Source: Octopus vulgaris (lineage: Eukaryota). Taken from it: 64,000 nt of DNA. The stretch is from assembly GCA_951406725.2 (NCBI GenBank), contig OX597833.1:38130001-38194000 (forward strand). The letters are read 5' to 3'. A program made the translations under genes and the position numbers. Of the stretch, positions 8,801 to 20,399 are shown one piece after another (position 1 is the first letter of the stretch; every line of letters begins with the position of its first letter). The notes under the pieces are model-generated. The model saw only the letters and a list, made by a program, of their open reading frames with translations. It had not been told where the DNA came from and made no database searches.

Positions 8801-11800
8801 GTGAGTATGTGCATGTGCGTGTATGTGTTTGTACATGTGTGTGTGTGCGGTATATGTGAAGAAGCAGTAGTAGTAGTCTTTATATAGAATTCAGGATACA
8901 GAAATGGCTGCTTTAGGTTTCTTAAAGTTATCGTTTCTCTTTCCTCATTACTATATAAAAACTCTAGCTTTCTGAACAGAGTTCATTTTAATTGTAATTG
9001 CCAAGACAACAAGTCGCCTCATTTGTCAGCAATTGACATAAACCACCTAACACATCTCAGCAATACCAAGAAAAAGGAAAAGAAAGAAAGGAAAATAAAA
9101 TACTTTACCAGTCCTTCAATTAACTGTCGGAAATAATACTGAGCAAGTTGTGGAGACATACCGACATCAGGCTCTGAAATATGTATTTTAACAATTGTTA
9201 GAATTCTCTCATTAAATCTATTTGATAACAACAACAGCAACAAGGGTATAAAACTAAATCATCATCATCATCCATTTTCCATGCTGGCATGGGTTAGATG
9301 GTTTGACTGGAGCTGGAGAGCTGTACCAGGCTCCAGTCTGTTTTGGTTTGGTTTCTACAGCTGGATGCCCTTCCTAATGCCAACCACTCTACAGAGTGCA
9401 CAGGATGTCTTTTATGTATCACCAATAAAGGTATTCTTTATGTGTCACCAGCAGAGGTGCCATTCACACGCCACCCACACTAGCTACAACCACGATTTCA
9501 CTTAGCTTGACATGTCTTCTCAAGCACAGCAATTCACCAGAAGGCTCAACATCCCAGAACTAAATATCTAAAAATATTTTGGCCTAGTACTTAAGCAACT
9601 GGAATGTTACAGAGGAGAGCAATGCTCACTACACTTCCTAACACCGGGATAGGGTAAATACATGAAACAGATAAAGAAGCCGTTGGTGGTAAAGATAAAG
9701 ATTATGATGATAAGAACAGTATCACTGATAGGAATAAAGATGTGTGTTGATGTTGTTGTGGTTAAGTACGAGCTGAGCTAGGACTTAACAACTAATAAAA
9801 ATAGTAAAAGTGCTGGTAGAGCAGTTAGGTAATAGGAATAAGAATGCTGTAAGTTGAATGGACAATAATAATAATGATCATCATCATCATCATTATCATC
9901 ATCGTTTAATGTCCGTTTTCCATGCTAGCATGGGTTGGACGATTTGACTGAGGGCTGGCAAACCAGATGGCTGCACCAGGCTTCAATCTTGATCTGGCAG
10001 AGTTTCTACAGCTGGATGCCCTTCCTAACGCCAACCACTCCGAGAGTGTAGTGGGCGCTTTTACATGCCACCGGCACGAGGCCAGTCAGGCAGTACTGGC
10101 AATGACCTCACTTGAATCTTTTACACATGCCACCGGCACAGGTGCCAAATGCTGATGATGGTGGTGATACTGATGAGGATGACAATGATGAAAGTAGTGA
10201 TGATGTTGATGACGGTGTTGTGGATGATGATAGCAATCAAATTTTTTTTTTAAAGCACTCTGTCAGTTACAACGATGAAGGTTCCAGTTGATCTGAACAA
10301 GGGAACAGCCTGCTAATGAAATTAACATGCAAGTGGCTGAGTACACCACAGACATGCATATCCTTAACATAGTTGTCTGGGAGGTTCAGCATGACACAAT
10401 GTGACAAAGCTGGTCCTTTGAATTACAAATAAAATTTATTTTTACCAGATGAGTGGGCTGGAACAATACGAAATAAGTGTCTTGCTCAAGAACACAACAT
10501 GCTGATGGGAACTGAACTCATGCCCTTGCAATCGTGAGCCAAATACCCTAACCACTAAGCTACATGACTTCAATAATAACAATAAGGATGATGATGATGA
10601 TGAAGGACACAAGAAACAATGAAATAAAATGATCAGGGCTACAAAGGGCATAAACACATGACACCGATTACTCCTAATAATATTACTCAATAGTACCTCA
10701 TAAAACACCAATTCTACCAGAAATATAAAGTGCAAGAGTATAAGGAACATTGTAAATCCCACACTGCTCACTGGTTCTACCGAGTAATTAAGAATACTTA
10801 TTAATTCTATCAGGAGCATAAAGAGCAACTGATTTCAACAGGGGTATAAAGAACAGTGTAAATCATACTACACAATATTAATTCTATAAGGAACATATAA
10901 AGACCAGTAAACATTACACCACAGAACACTTAAAATGTCTAGCAAGAATATAAGGAGCAATGTGAATCACACTTCAGAATATTGCTGTGTTTACCTTGGA
11001 TTGTAGGACGACCTGCTGTGCTTGAGGAGACCTATAGAGTCAAGCACATCAACATCAAAAAATCAAATGGAAATTGTAGTTGTGATACCTGTGCCGGTGG
11101 CACATAAAAAAGCACTATCTGAACGTGGCCGATGCCGGCCTCGCCTGATCCCTGTGCCGGTAGCACGTAAAAATCATCCACTACACTCACGGAGTGGTTG
11201 GCGTTAGGAAAGGCATCCAACTGTAGAAACACTGCCAGATCAGACTGGAGCCTGGTGCAGCCTCCTGGCTTCCCAGACCCCAGTCGAACCGTCCAACCCA
11301 CGCTAGCATGGAAAACGGACGTTAAACTGATGATGATGATAATATAAATGATTGGTGCAAATCACATCTCAGAATACTTACCAACTCTAAAAGTCATACA
11401 AAATGCTAATTCTATGAGGAATATAACTCTTTAACATTTAGATTACTCTGTCAAGTATAATATTTATTTATTCACATTATTTTGAATGATTTATGCACTG
11501 TCTTGTAGCTTCAAGATTTTGATGATGTGACTGTATTTTTAGAATGACATTGTTAGGTAGGTGTGAGAGGCCAGATCTAGCCATTTTGAACATAAAACAG
11601 GTAGAATATTTGGGTCAGATATGGCCAATTTAAGTGATAAAGATATAAAGACCATCATAAATTATACCACAGAACACTTACCAATTCTATCAAACAGTTC
11701 ACCACCACAGGCATACTCCAGAAACATGAACTGCTGATCTCCAGCTGTGCGGCTCCCATAAAAGCGGATTACATTGTCATGTTTCAGGAGTTTGTGAATT

Positions 11801-14800
11801 GCAATCTGTAAGAAACGATTAAAAGATTAATACCTGTTCATAATTTTTTCTTTTTTTTTTTTTTAGGTTATCAAGCGAAGATAAGATCAGTATTGGTAGA
11901 GCATCAAATAAAATACCCTGTAGTATTTACAGGCCTTTATGTTCTAAGTTCAGTGGAGGCACATGGCCTAGTGGTTAGAGCAACGGACTTGCGGTTGAGG
12001 GATCGTAGGTTCGAATCTCAGACTGGGCGATGTGTGTGTTTATGAGCGAAACACCTAAGCTCCACACAGCTCCAGAAGGTAATGGCAAACTTCTGCTGAC
12101 TCTTTCGCCACAACTTTCTCTCACTCTTTCCTCCTGCATCTTGCAGCTTACCTGCGACAGACCAGCGTCCTGTCCAGGTGGCGAACCTATATGCCAAGGA
12201 AACCAGGAAACCGGCCCTATGAGCCAGGCATGGCTTGAGAAGGAACAAACATGTTTTAAGTTCAAATTTCTTCCAGGTCCACTTTCCCTTTCATCCTTCC
12301 AAGGTTACTGAAATAAGTTGCATCAGAAAACTGTTTCAAACAACACTATGGAAGAAAGTAACATAATAGAGACAGCCTCACATACAATACATGAAAGCTC
12401 AAACTGAAGCAAAACTACTGCAGAACTGATCATACAAGAAACAAACAAAGCAGGAAAGCAAATTCAAAATACACAAAGAAAAAAAGCAAAACCCTGAAAA
12501 GATGATGGAAACCATAAAAGCTCCCATAGAAACATTTAACCAAATACATAGGCACAGTGAAAGTATGCTCCAGCTGCCACACTTAACAGGATACAGAATA
12601 AAAACACATCACAAAAAAGATCAGTCAGAGTTAACATTGAAGAACCTAACAGAAACAGTAAAAAATATATATAAGAGAACATTACAAAAGCAATGAACAT
12701 GGACTGGCATAATAAACATCTTCAAATGACTAAACAGTTCTATTAAAGAATAAACATAAAAGGCCCTTACAAGAAATTCTTTCCAAAGTTTTGTTGGCAC
12801 TCCATCGGTTATGACGATGAGGGTTCCAGTTGAACCGATCAATGGAACAGCCTGCTCGTGAAATTAACATGCAAGTAGCTGAGCAATCCACAGACACGTG
12901 TACTCTTAACGTAGTTCTTGGGGATATTCAGCGGGACACACAATGTGACAAGGCTGGCCCTTTGAAATACAGGTACAACAGAAACAGGAAGAAAGAGTGA
13001 GAGAAAGTTGTGGTGAAAGAGTACAGCAGGGTTCGCCGCCCCTCACCCCTGCCGGAGCCTCGTGGGGCTTTAGGTGTTTTCGCTCAATAAACACTCACAA
13101 CGCCCGGTCTGGGAATCGAAACCGCGATCCTATGACCGCGAGTCCGCTTTCCATAGTTACTAACTGCCCAAATATCAATTTCAAATTTTGGCACAAGGCC
13201 ACTCAGCTCGGGCGAAGAGGATAAGTTGATTGCATTAAACCCAGTGTTCAACTAGTACTTATTTTATTGACCCCAAAGGGATGAAACACAGAGTTGACCT
13301 TGACAGAATTTGAACTCAGAACATGAAGACGGATAAAATGCCATTAAGCCTTTTGTCCGGCATAGTAACAATTCTGCCAGCTTGTTGCTTTTAACTGCCC
13401 AAATATCAAACTAAGTTGGTCTATTCAGTACCACTGGTAATATGCAGAGAGAATTGGGTTTCATTTTAACCCTTTAGCATTTAAATTACTCTGTCAACTG
13501 TAATGCTTACTTAGTTACATTATTTTGAATTAATCACACATTATCTTGTAGCTTTGAGATTTTGATTGATGTGATTGTAGGGTAAGTGTGAGAGTCAGGA
13601 TCTTGCCAGCTTCAATATAAAACAGGAAGAATATATGTGGCCAGTTTAAATGCTAAAGGGCTAACAGAAATAGAAACTCAGCCAAACCTCACCCAATCAA
13701 AAACAGAAAGAAATTAACAACTCACCTCTTTCCTAACACTTTCTCTTGCATGGATATCTTTTTTGAGATTAATAAACTTCACTGCCACTTCTTCATTTGT
13801 TGTAGTATTTACAGCCAATTTCACTCTGAAATCAATTCACACACGTCATCAATAACTTTACAAAGTGTAGGGCAGTTTAAATTAATGATTGCACAAGAAA
13901 TATAATTTTTTTCTCATTTTTATTTCCTTCTTTCAGGGGCACTCAAAGATAGTAATGGTTAAATATAACATTTTGTTCTTTTTGAGGGGTGAGAGGAAAT
14001 TTTTAAAATGACACCATGCCACATTGATTAAGAAAGCAATATATGAATGTGTATAAAAACAGGCAAAATAAAAAAAACATTTTTCTTATGGGTAATTTTC
14101 CAACTTATTTTCACTTTAAATAAGTACAAAAACTATAAAAATATTGTGTAACACAATTTCTGTTCTTGGGTAGCAACTGTTATTTCCTGTTTGTTAACCC
14201 CTAGAAAGTATGAAAAATGGCTAATTTTTCTTTCAAACTTTGCTTTTGTAGCAATATTTACTCAAACCCCCAAAGAATCTTTATAAACACATGGCTATCA
14301 TGTTCCCCCACTAATGCTCAGGATCAAAGATGCACATGTTGTCAGCCACTAAGGGACATGTTCAAGTGATAAAGCTGAAGCAACTGATAAGCAAATCTGT
14401 GATATTAGTAGGTCAGTTTCAAAACATTGAAATGCAGGTTACAAAAACCAAAGTCTGAAGGGAATAGTTGTTGTTTCCTTTGATTTCTAGATAGAAGCAA
14501 ATAGGTAATAACACCGACTGACGAAAGACAAAAAAAAATAAAAATAAAAATTTTGTTACACAGTGATAATTGTTAGTCTTTTGCACAATAAAATTTATAA
14601 TCTTATTATTGAAAAGTGCTATAAAATATTCACTTTCATTTAATGATGGCTGTGTCCATGTAAAATTTTGGAAACATCAATTGATACATTATTTACATTT
14701 GACAGATATTTGTCCTCATCTTGTTTGTTGTTAACACGTTTTGGCTGATATACCCTCCAGCCTTCATCAGGTGTCTTGGGGAAATTTCGAATCTGGGTTC

Positions 14801-17597
14801 TCATTCCTAAGGTATTTTTCAATGTTGTTGTTATTATTATTATTATTATTATATGCCCACGGGCATATGGCATAGTGGTTAAGAGCACAGGCTACTAACC
14901 CCAAGACTCTAAGTTCAATTCCAGGCAGTGAACTGAATAATAATAATAAATAATAATAACATCGAAAAATACCTTAGGAATGAGAACCCAGGTTCAAAAT
15001 TTCCCCAAGACACCTGCTGAAGGCTGGAGGGTATATCAGCCGAAACATGTTAACAACAAACAAGATGAGGACAAATATCCATTAAATGTAAATAATGTAC
15101 ATAATTCCTCATCTCTTAAATATAGAACTGTAACATCAATTGATGTCCACTGAATAACAGTTAAGTTGTAATATTAGGCAGGGTTGAGCATTTTAATACA
15201 TAGTAGCCTTATTTATGAGGGGAGTTAACTTTGAGAAAGGTACTCAACATTAACGTGTGTATGCATGGATATACATCTTTACTAGTAATTAGTACAAATT
15301 ACAAGTAAATATATGTTCTTTATGTGGATATTTATAAGGTTACTTGACCTGCTAAAAATACCATTTAAATCACTTCATAAGATCACATTGGATAGCATAA
15401 ATGTATCCTACAAATGACAGCTATTGTTTCCTGTATGATAGAGAAATATGAGAATACTTAAAATACTTGGTCAGCTGGGGCAAAGTATATTATCTGCTAA
15501 TCGTGACTGTTATGCTATTACAGTGAGGTTAACCTCTTTAAGTTAGACCTTAACTATTGTTAATAAAAGAAACCAGCATAAAACAGATCTGTATAGATTG
15601 GGTTATAACTGTATACTTTCTTTTGAGATTTCAATAACAAGTCTATTCTGTGTAAGAGATCTCCAACAGAGCATCTCATCACTTTCACTCTCCCTTCTAA
15701 ATGTGAGGAGCTGTACAGCTCCCCTACAATAAGAAACCTATTCTGTTCTGAACACTTCTCTCTCACTCTAACTTCCTCAACACCACCACCATTGCATAGC
15801 AAAAGTTGTCTCCCTCTCTGTTGTAGCTCCACTGTTAGTCCAATGGGATCTTAGTCAAATAGATAATGTGAATATTTAACTTTGAATGAATAACATTATC
15901 ATGATCATTTTACCTTCTGCATTTCCATGTTTGTATGGGTCAGATGAGAGTATGCTAGACAAAGTCCTTATGGCCATATACCCTTACTGTTGCCAACTCA
16001 CTCTTGCTTTCAAGTGAGGTAATACTTTTTCAGTCTATTGAACAAAAAGCAGCTTTGATATACAGTAGAACCTTGCAGCATGAGTGTACCATTGTACAAG
16101 TAATTTGCTGAACAAGTGGAAATCTGTAGTATGAGTGAGATTCATACAAATGACTGCCAGTCAGTGCTGAGCTCTCATACACTCTCCCAACAAGTGTGGT
16201 CTCTGCTTGATCAGTTCACGTGTTTATCATGTGGCAACACCCCTGTTGTGCTTTTCCCAGTGCTTTTGTTTAGTTTTGTGCATTTTTTGCTATTATTTTA
16301 TAATAATTAATTGTATTAGCCATGGGTTCTAAGAATGTTAGTGCTGAGAAGAAAAATCTGATTATGATAGAATTGAAGAAGGAAATCATTGATAAACATG
16401 AGAGAGGAGTGTGTGTAGTGGATATAGCACGTTGACAATCTGCACCATCCTGAAGAAAAAGGATGAGATCAAGGCCATTACAACAGCAAAGGGTGTCTCC
16501 ATGCTCTCTAAGCAAAGGATGGAAAAATTGCTTCTCCTGTGGATCAACGAGAAGCAACTGCAGGGGATACAATTACGGAGACCATCATCTGTGAGAAAGC
16601 ACAAGTGCTATATAGGGGATCTCCTGAAGCAGAATCTGGGATCATCAATGGAGGAAACATCAGCAGATATATTGAAGACCAGTCATGGCTGGTTCGATAA
16701 TTTCAAGAAGAGGACTGGCATTCATAGCGTCGTCAAGTATGGAGAAGCAGCGAGTTCTGTCACAAAGGCAACCAAAAATTTCATGCGTGAACTCCATTAA
16801 CTCATTTCAGCACAACAGGTATTCAACTGTAATGAAACTGGCTTTTTTGGGGAAAAAATGCCCATGAGAACCTACAGAGGAGAAGAAAATGCCAGGCCAC
16901 AAGACTATGAAAGATAGGCTAACTCTTGCTCTTTGTGACAATGTGAGTGGAGACTTGAAAATTAAGCTGTTCCTTGTCTACCATTCTGAAAACCCACGAA
17001 CATTCAAGTCACACAAAATCCTGAAGGAGAAACTGTAAGTTATGTGGAGGGCAAACGTTTAAGCTTGTGTCCAGGCAATTCTTCTCCGAGTGAGTCAACC
17101 CTGTCTTCGGACCAGCAGTGAAAAAGTATCTTCTGGAGAACAATCTTCCTCTCAAGGTCCACCTCATCCACGACAATGCTCTTGCTCACCTCTCTTGATC
17201 TTGAAGAGGATATCCTGAATGAATTTAAATTTATAATAGGAGGCGCAGGAGTGGCTGAGTGGTAAGTAGCTTGCTTACCAACCACATGGTCCCAGGTTCA
17301 GTCCCACTGTGTGGCACCTTGGGCAAGTGTCTTCTAATATAGCCTCGGGCCAACCAAAGCCTTGTGAGTGGATTTGGTAGATGGAAACTGAAAGAAGCCT
17401 GTCATATATATATATGAAAGCAGACATAAAACGATGAGGATGATGAAACTTATACATCCATACTTCACCATCCTGGTTCTGTTAAGATCGAAATAACAGA
17501 CAATGGTAATGGTCAATTACAAGAATACTTACTCTCCATAAGCACCTTCTCCAAGAGTCTGTACTAAATCCCAGCCTTCAATAAAAGAGGATACCAT
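5762..17597 (-). CDS. CHEK1: Serine/threonine-protein kinase Chk1, partial: join(17597..17533,13825..13726,11805..11682,9173..9109,8480..8411,7859..7671,5866..5762); remaining exons lie left of the window
   Basis: Spliced translation [140 protein letters not shown] closely matches the Chk1 kinase domain. All introns are GT-AG with consistent phases. Confidence 0.96.
7671..7859 (-). CDS. CHEK1: CHEK1 coding exon 6 (189 nt; DFG to AMLAG)
   Basis: Acceptor ttttag, donor gtaagt; kinase subdomains VII-IX. Confidence 0.95.
7969..8176 (+). mobile_element. SINE-like repeat, representative copy (others ~6250-6450, 13177-13390, 41210-42100, 52460-52650, 57885-58085, 60000-60340)
   Basis: Recurrent core TCAAATTCC..GACTTTGCCTTTCATCCTTTC..AAATAAGTACC..AAATTTGAAACC on both strands. 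Confidence 0.7.
8411..8480 (-). CDS. CHEK1: CHEK1 coding exon 5 (70 nt; [23 protein letters not shown])
   Basis: Acceptor ttgtag, donor gtaaaa; catalytic loop. Confidence 0.95.
9109..9173 (-). CDS. CHEK1: CHEK1 coding exon 4 (65 nt; [22 protein letters not shown])
   Basis: Acceptor tttcag, donor gtaaag. Confidence 0.93.
9877..10148 (-). mobile_element. RTE 3'-tail copy (an older one lies at ~9259-9540)
   Basis: (CAT)n followed by the reverse complement of the LINE tail. Confidence 0.85.
10640..11694. repeat. Degenerate ~52-bp minisatellite in CHEK1 intron 3, overlapping the exon 3 donor and interrupted by two TE insertions
   Basis: Recurring AGAATACTTAYYAATTCTAT..ATAAAGA..AAATCAC unit at ~10700, 10791, 10873, 10924, 10976, 11371 and 11671. 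Confidence 0.7.
10993..11340 (+). mobile_element. RTE 3'-tail copy with two array modules
   Basis: GTGCCGGTGGCACATAAAAAAGCAC modules, GGAAAGGCATCC core, (GAT)n tail. Confidence 0.85.
11682..11805 (-). CDS. CHEK1: CHEK1 coding exon 3 (124 nt; [41 protein letters not shown])
   Basis: Acceptor ttacag, donor gtaagt; absent from the ORF track. Confidence 0.95.
11954..12250 (+). mobile_element. tRNA-derived SINE with V-domain-like core
   Basis: A box TGGCCTAGTGG, B box GGTTCGAATC, and a CCTGCGACAGACCAGCGTCCTGTCCAGG segment resembling the V-SINE domain. Confidence 0.75.
12795..13148 (-). mobile_element. tRNA-derived SINE (related copies ~10255-10565, 27050-27272, 46860-47140)
   Basis: Reverse-complement B box (GGGAATCGAAACC) and a shared body GAACAGCCTGCTCGTGAAATTAACATGCAAG. 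Confidence 0.75.
13467..13664. mobile_element. TTAA-CCC MITE (piggyBac-like ends); other copies ~5518-5725, 11431-11643, 19791-19930, 36790-37021
   Basis: Terminal inverted repeats TTAACCCTTTAGCATTTAAA ... TTTAAATGCTAAAGGG and a shared internal sequence. Confidence 0.75.
13726..13825 (-). CDS. CHEK1: CHEK1 coding exon 2 (100 nt; [33 protein letters not shown])
   Basis: Acceptor tttcag, donor gtgagt; VAVK lysine and helix C glutamate. Confidence 0.94.
14686..15131 (+). mobile_element. tRNA-headed short element with a hammerhead-like Penelope-type tail and an inverted 5' duplication
   Basis: 13-bp TSD AACATCAATTGAT (14673-14685, 15132-15144); A box 14868-14878; B box 14913-14922; 14686-14850 is the reverse complement of ~14940-15100. 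Confidence 0.75.
16063..17236 (+). mobile_element. Tigger/pogo-family DNA transposon remnant (frameshifted transposase)
   Basis: TA|CAGTAGAACC start; CENP-B-type HTH segments ([33 protein letters not shown]) and DDE-region motifs FNCNETG, KDRLTL, HSENPR, with stops and frameshifts. Confidence 0.88.
17239..17403 (+). mobile_element. tRNA-derived SINE, representative copy (others ~19950-20310, 32110-32330, 35975-36362, 40430-40690, 46312-46670, 47140-47515, 59545-59890, 62240-62615)
   Basis: A box TGGCTGAGTGG, B-box-like GGTTCAGTCCC, core GGCACCTTGGGCAAGTGTCTT..GATGGAAACTGAAAGAAGCC. Confidence 0.8.
17533..17597 (-). CDS. CHEK1: CHEK1 coding exon 1 (65 nt; [22 protein letters not shown])
   Basis: ATG at 17597-17595, donor gtaagt. 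An acceptor (ttcttaccag) 4 nt upstream of the ATG implies a non-coding first exon. Confidence 0.95.
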
Positions 17598-18509
17598 TTT
17601 CCTGGTAAGAAGAATAAAGAATAAAAAAATTAGAAGTAAAAACAAACTAATTATATTAGGTATCACTATAGAACGACATACAATGGAAAAAAGCACAGTT
17701 TGAACACACAGAAACACTTTTTGCTTCATTTTCAAGTCAAAATAAATATTTCCCGAGGAAAATTATATTTCGTTTGAAAGTTCTGGATGTGAACCTTCTT
17801 CTTGCACAGTTTTAATTAAAATCTGACAGTTACAAATCATATCAGGGTCCCTCAAACACCCTGGTATTTCCACACATTTACAACGTTTGTCCCATATTTC
17901 TTTGACTACTGAACAGTAGCCCTCATTCTAGTTCAATGTGCTCAAGTGCCATAGCTGAAGTTGTATTAAAAATCATACTGTCATAAGGAGGAAGCTTTTC
18001 ACTTTATTTTTATATAAAAATCGATGGGAGTAGGTCAGATATTTGTCATGAAATATAAAAGTTAAAATTCCATTGTTAATTTCCACTTAGAAAAGGACAT
18101 ATTTTCTTCAATATTTTACATCATAAGAAAAAAAATTTCTTATGAATTTTATATAGTTATAAATAATTCTAGCCATGATATGGTGAAAAAGCACAAAGTC
18201 ACTAAAGAGGGTAGTATAATCACCCTACTTGCCAAACTGATGTATTCATGTGCGGTGAAAGATCAATTGGAACACAAATCCAAGGCTTCAAATATCAAGT
18301 TTGAGCCAGGATTTCAGGAAATGAATGCACTAATTACTAAGTAAACATATTTCTACAAAAAATGCACTAAATTAAGTTTAATAAGACTTCTAGAGCCCAA
18401 ACTTAGCATGAAATTGTTGTATTGGGAATGTCTTTTTCCTCTCACTGTTTTAACATGTGGCAAACCTAGTGGATCTTCTTGCAGATGTAAATTTCATTTG
18501 CTTTGAGAA

Positions 18510-19365
18510 ATCATCATCATCGTCATCATTTAACGTCCATTTTCAATGCTGGCATGGGTTGGATGGCTTGACTGGGGACTGCACCAGGCTCCAATCTGAT
18601 CTGACAAGGTTTCTGCAGACTTGGTTACCTAGGTAGCAGAAACTATCAACTACTTCTAATTTCTCCCCCTGGCATGTGATGGAATCTGTTTTCTGAACAT
18701 CTTTGGTGCTTATTGTCCCTGTGCATCTGCCGTACACAAAAACTATCCCGGTTAATTTTCCTTTGATGTTGCTGCACCTCTTATGCGTCCATAGCTTACA
18801 CTGGGTACATCTTATGGAGTTTCTACCTACACCTTTCCTACTGATCAAGCAGGGCCATCTACCTGAAGGGGTCTGTGATTTGTTCGCCTTCTTCTTACTA
18901 GGACTTTGGTTTTTGCAGCATTGACTCTAAGGCCCTTCGATTCTAAACCTTGCTTCCACACCTGAAATTTCTTCTCTAGTTCTGGTAGTGATTCAGCTAT
19001 GAGAGCAAAGTCATCAGCATAAAGGAGCTCCCAGGGGCAACCTGTCTTGAATTCCTGTTATTACCTGGAGGACTATAAAGAATAAGAGGGGCTGAGGACT
19101 AATCCTTGGTGAACCCTTACTTCTACTTAGAATTCTTCACTGTACTCATTGCTGACCCATACCTTACTGACAGCTCTTACCAACTTCTCATCAATCCCTA
19201 ATTTCAGCATCGCCCACCCGATAAGCCAAATATAGGGGTTTATCTTTGGCTAGGTATTTTCCTGCAGTTGCCTTACCAGGAATATAGCATCAGTGGTGCT
19301 TCTACCTGGCACAAAACCGAACTGCATCTCATCTAGGCTGACTCTCTCTAATTAGTTGGGCTATG
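18510..19365 (-). mobile_element. Degenerate, internally deleted RTE LINE (RT + PHD-like segment joined to tail)
   Basis: Minus-strand RKGVGRNSIRCTQCKLWTHKRCS..LEVVDSFCYLG, plus QFGF and GCPWELLYADD remnants. Confidence 0.88.
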
Positions 19366-19369
19366 AAAT

Positions 19370-19717
19370 TTTTACCATTAAGACTATTCTGCAGAGATCT
19401 GAATAAGTGGAAATCCAAAGGAGCAATATCTGGTGAATATAGAGGATGGGGTAACACATCCCAGCCGAGCTGCAGCAACTTTTGTCTAGTTCCCAAAGCA
19501 TCAAGTGCCGCGAATGAACTTTCTTATTTTCCATTTTAAAGGGTTACAGAATTAACACAGATTATAGGAACATAAACCTTCTTCCACGAAAAGATAGCTT
19601 AAACTGTGCTCTTAATGGAGGTGTAGTCAAATCCTATTTTATGGACTCAACCATGTTCTAAAATAAGTTGAAAGGTAAGCTACTATAAATCGGCATGAAC
19701 TTTCCAGACAGCCCAAT
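19370..19717 (-). mobile_element. Mariner remnant (internally deleted)
   Basis: Minus-strand [24 protein letters not shown] (mariner YSPDLAP motif) and a TATTGGGCTGTCTGGAAAGTTC end. Confidence 0.75.
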
Positions 19718-20399
19718 AGAATAGAAGCTTAGACTTCAGTATACTTGCCAAACTAGTTTAGTTAATGAACACCAGTAGATGTAGGAAATTTTAACCATTT
19801 AGCATTTAAACCAGCCATATCCGGCCCAAATATTCTACCTGTTTAATGCTCAAACTAGCCAGATCTGGTCCCTGACACCTACCATATAATGTCCTAAAAA
19901 TACACAATCACCTGAATGCTAAAGGGTTAAAGTTTTAGATAATAAATTTATTCAGAGAAATTACTCTGGACGCCATCCACATTATTCCAGGTTCAGTCTC
20001 ATTGTGTGGCACCTTGGGCAAGTGTCTTCTACTACAGCTTCGGGTTGACCATAGCTTTGTAATTAGATTTATTAAGCAGAAACTGAAAGAAATCGGTCGT
20101 ATGTGTGTGTGTTTGTCCCCCACCAACACTTAACACCCGGTGTTGGTTTGTTTACGTCTCCGTAACTTAGAGGGTTCGGCAAAAGAGACTGATAGAATAA
20201 GTACCGAGCTTTAAAAAATAGTTCCCGAGGTCGATTTGTTCGACTAAAAATTCCTCAAGGCGGTGCCCCAGTATGGCCGCAGTCTAATTACTGGTACAAG
20301 TAAAAGATAAAATGTTTAATGTCGTTAGGAAGAAAAATAAATACCTATGTAGTAAAGCAAAAAATATTAACATTTAAAACATCAATTACTAATAATATT

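Noticed and set aside
11954-12030. tRNA gene candidates (also 14861-14930, 17239-17310, 31741-31815)
   Set aside because: A and B boxes are present, but acceptor stems do not pair and each continues into a repeat body: these are SINE heads.
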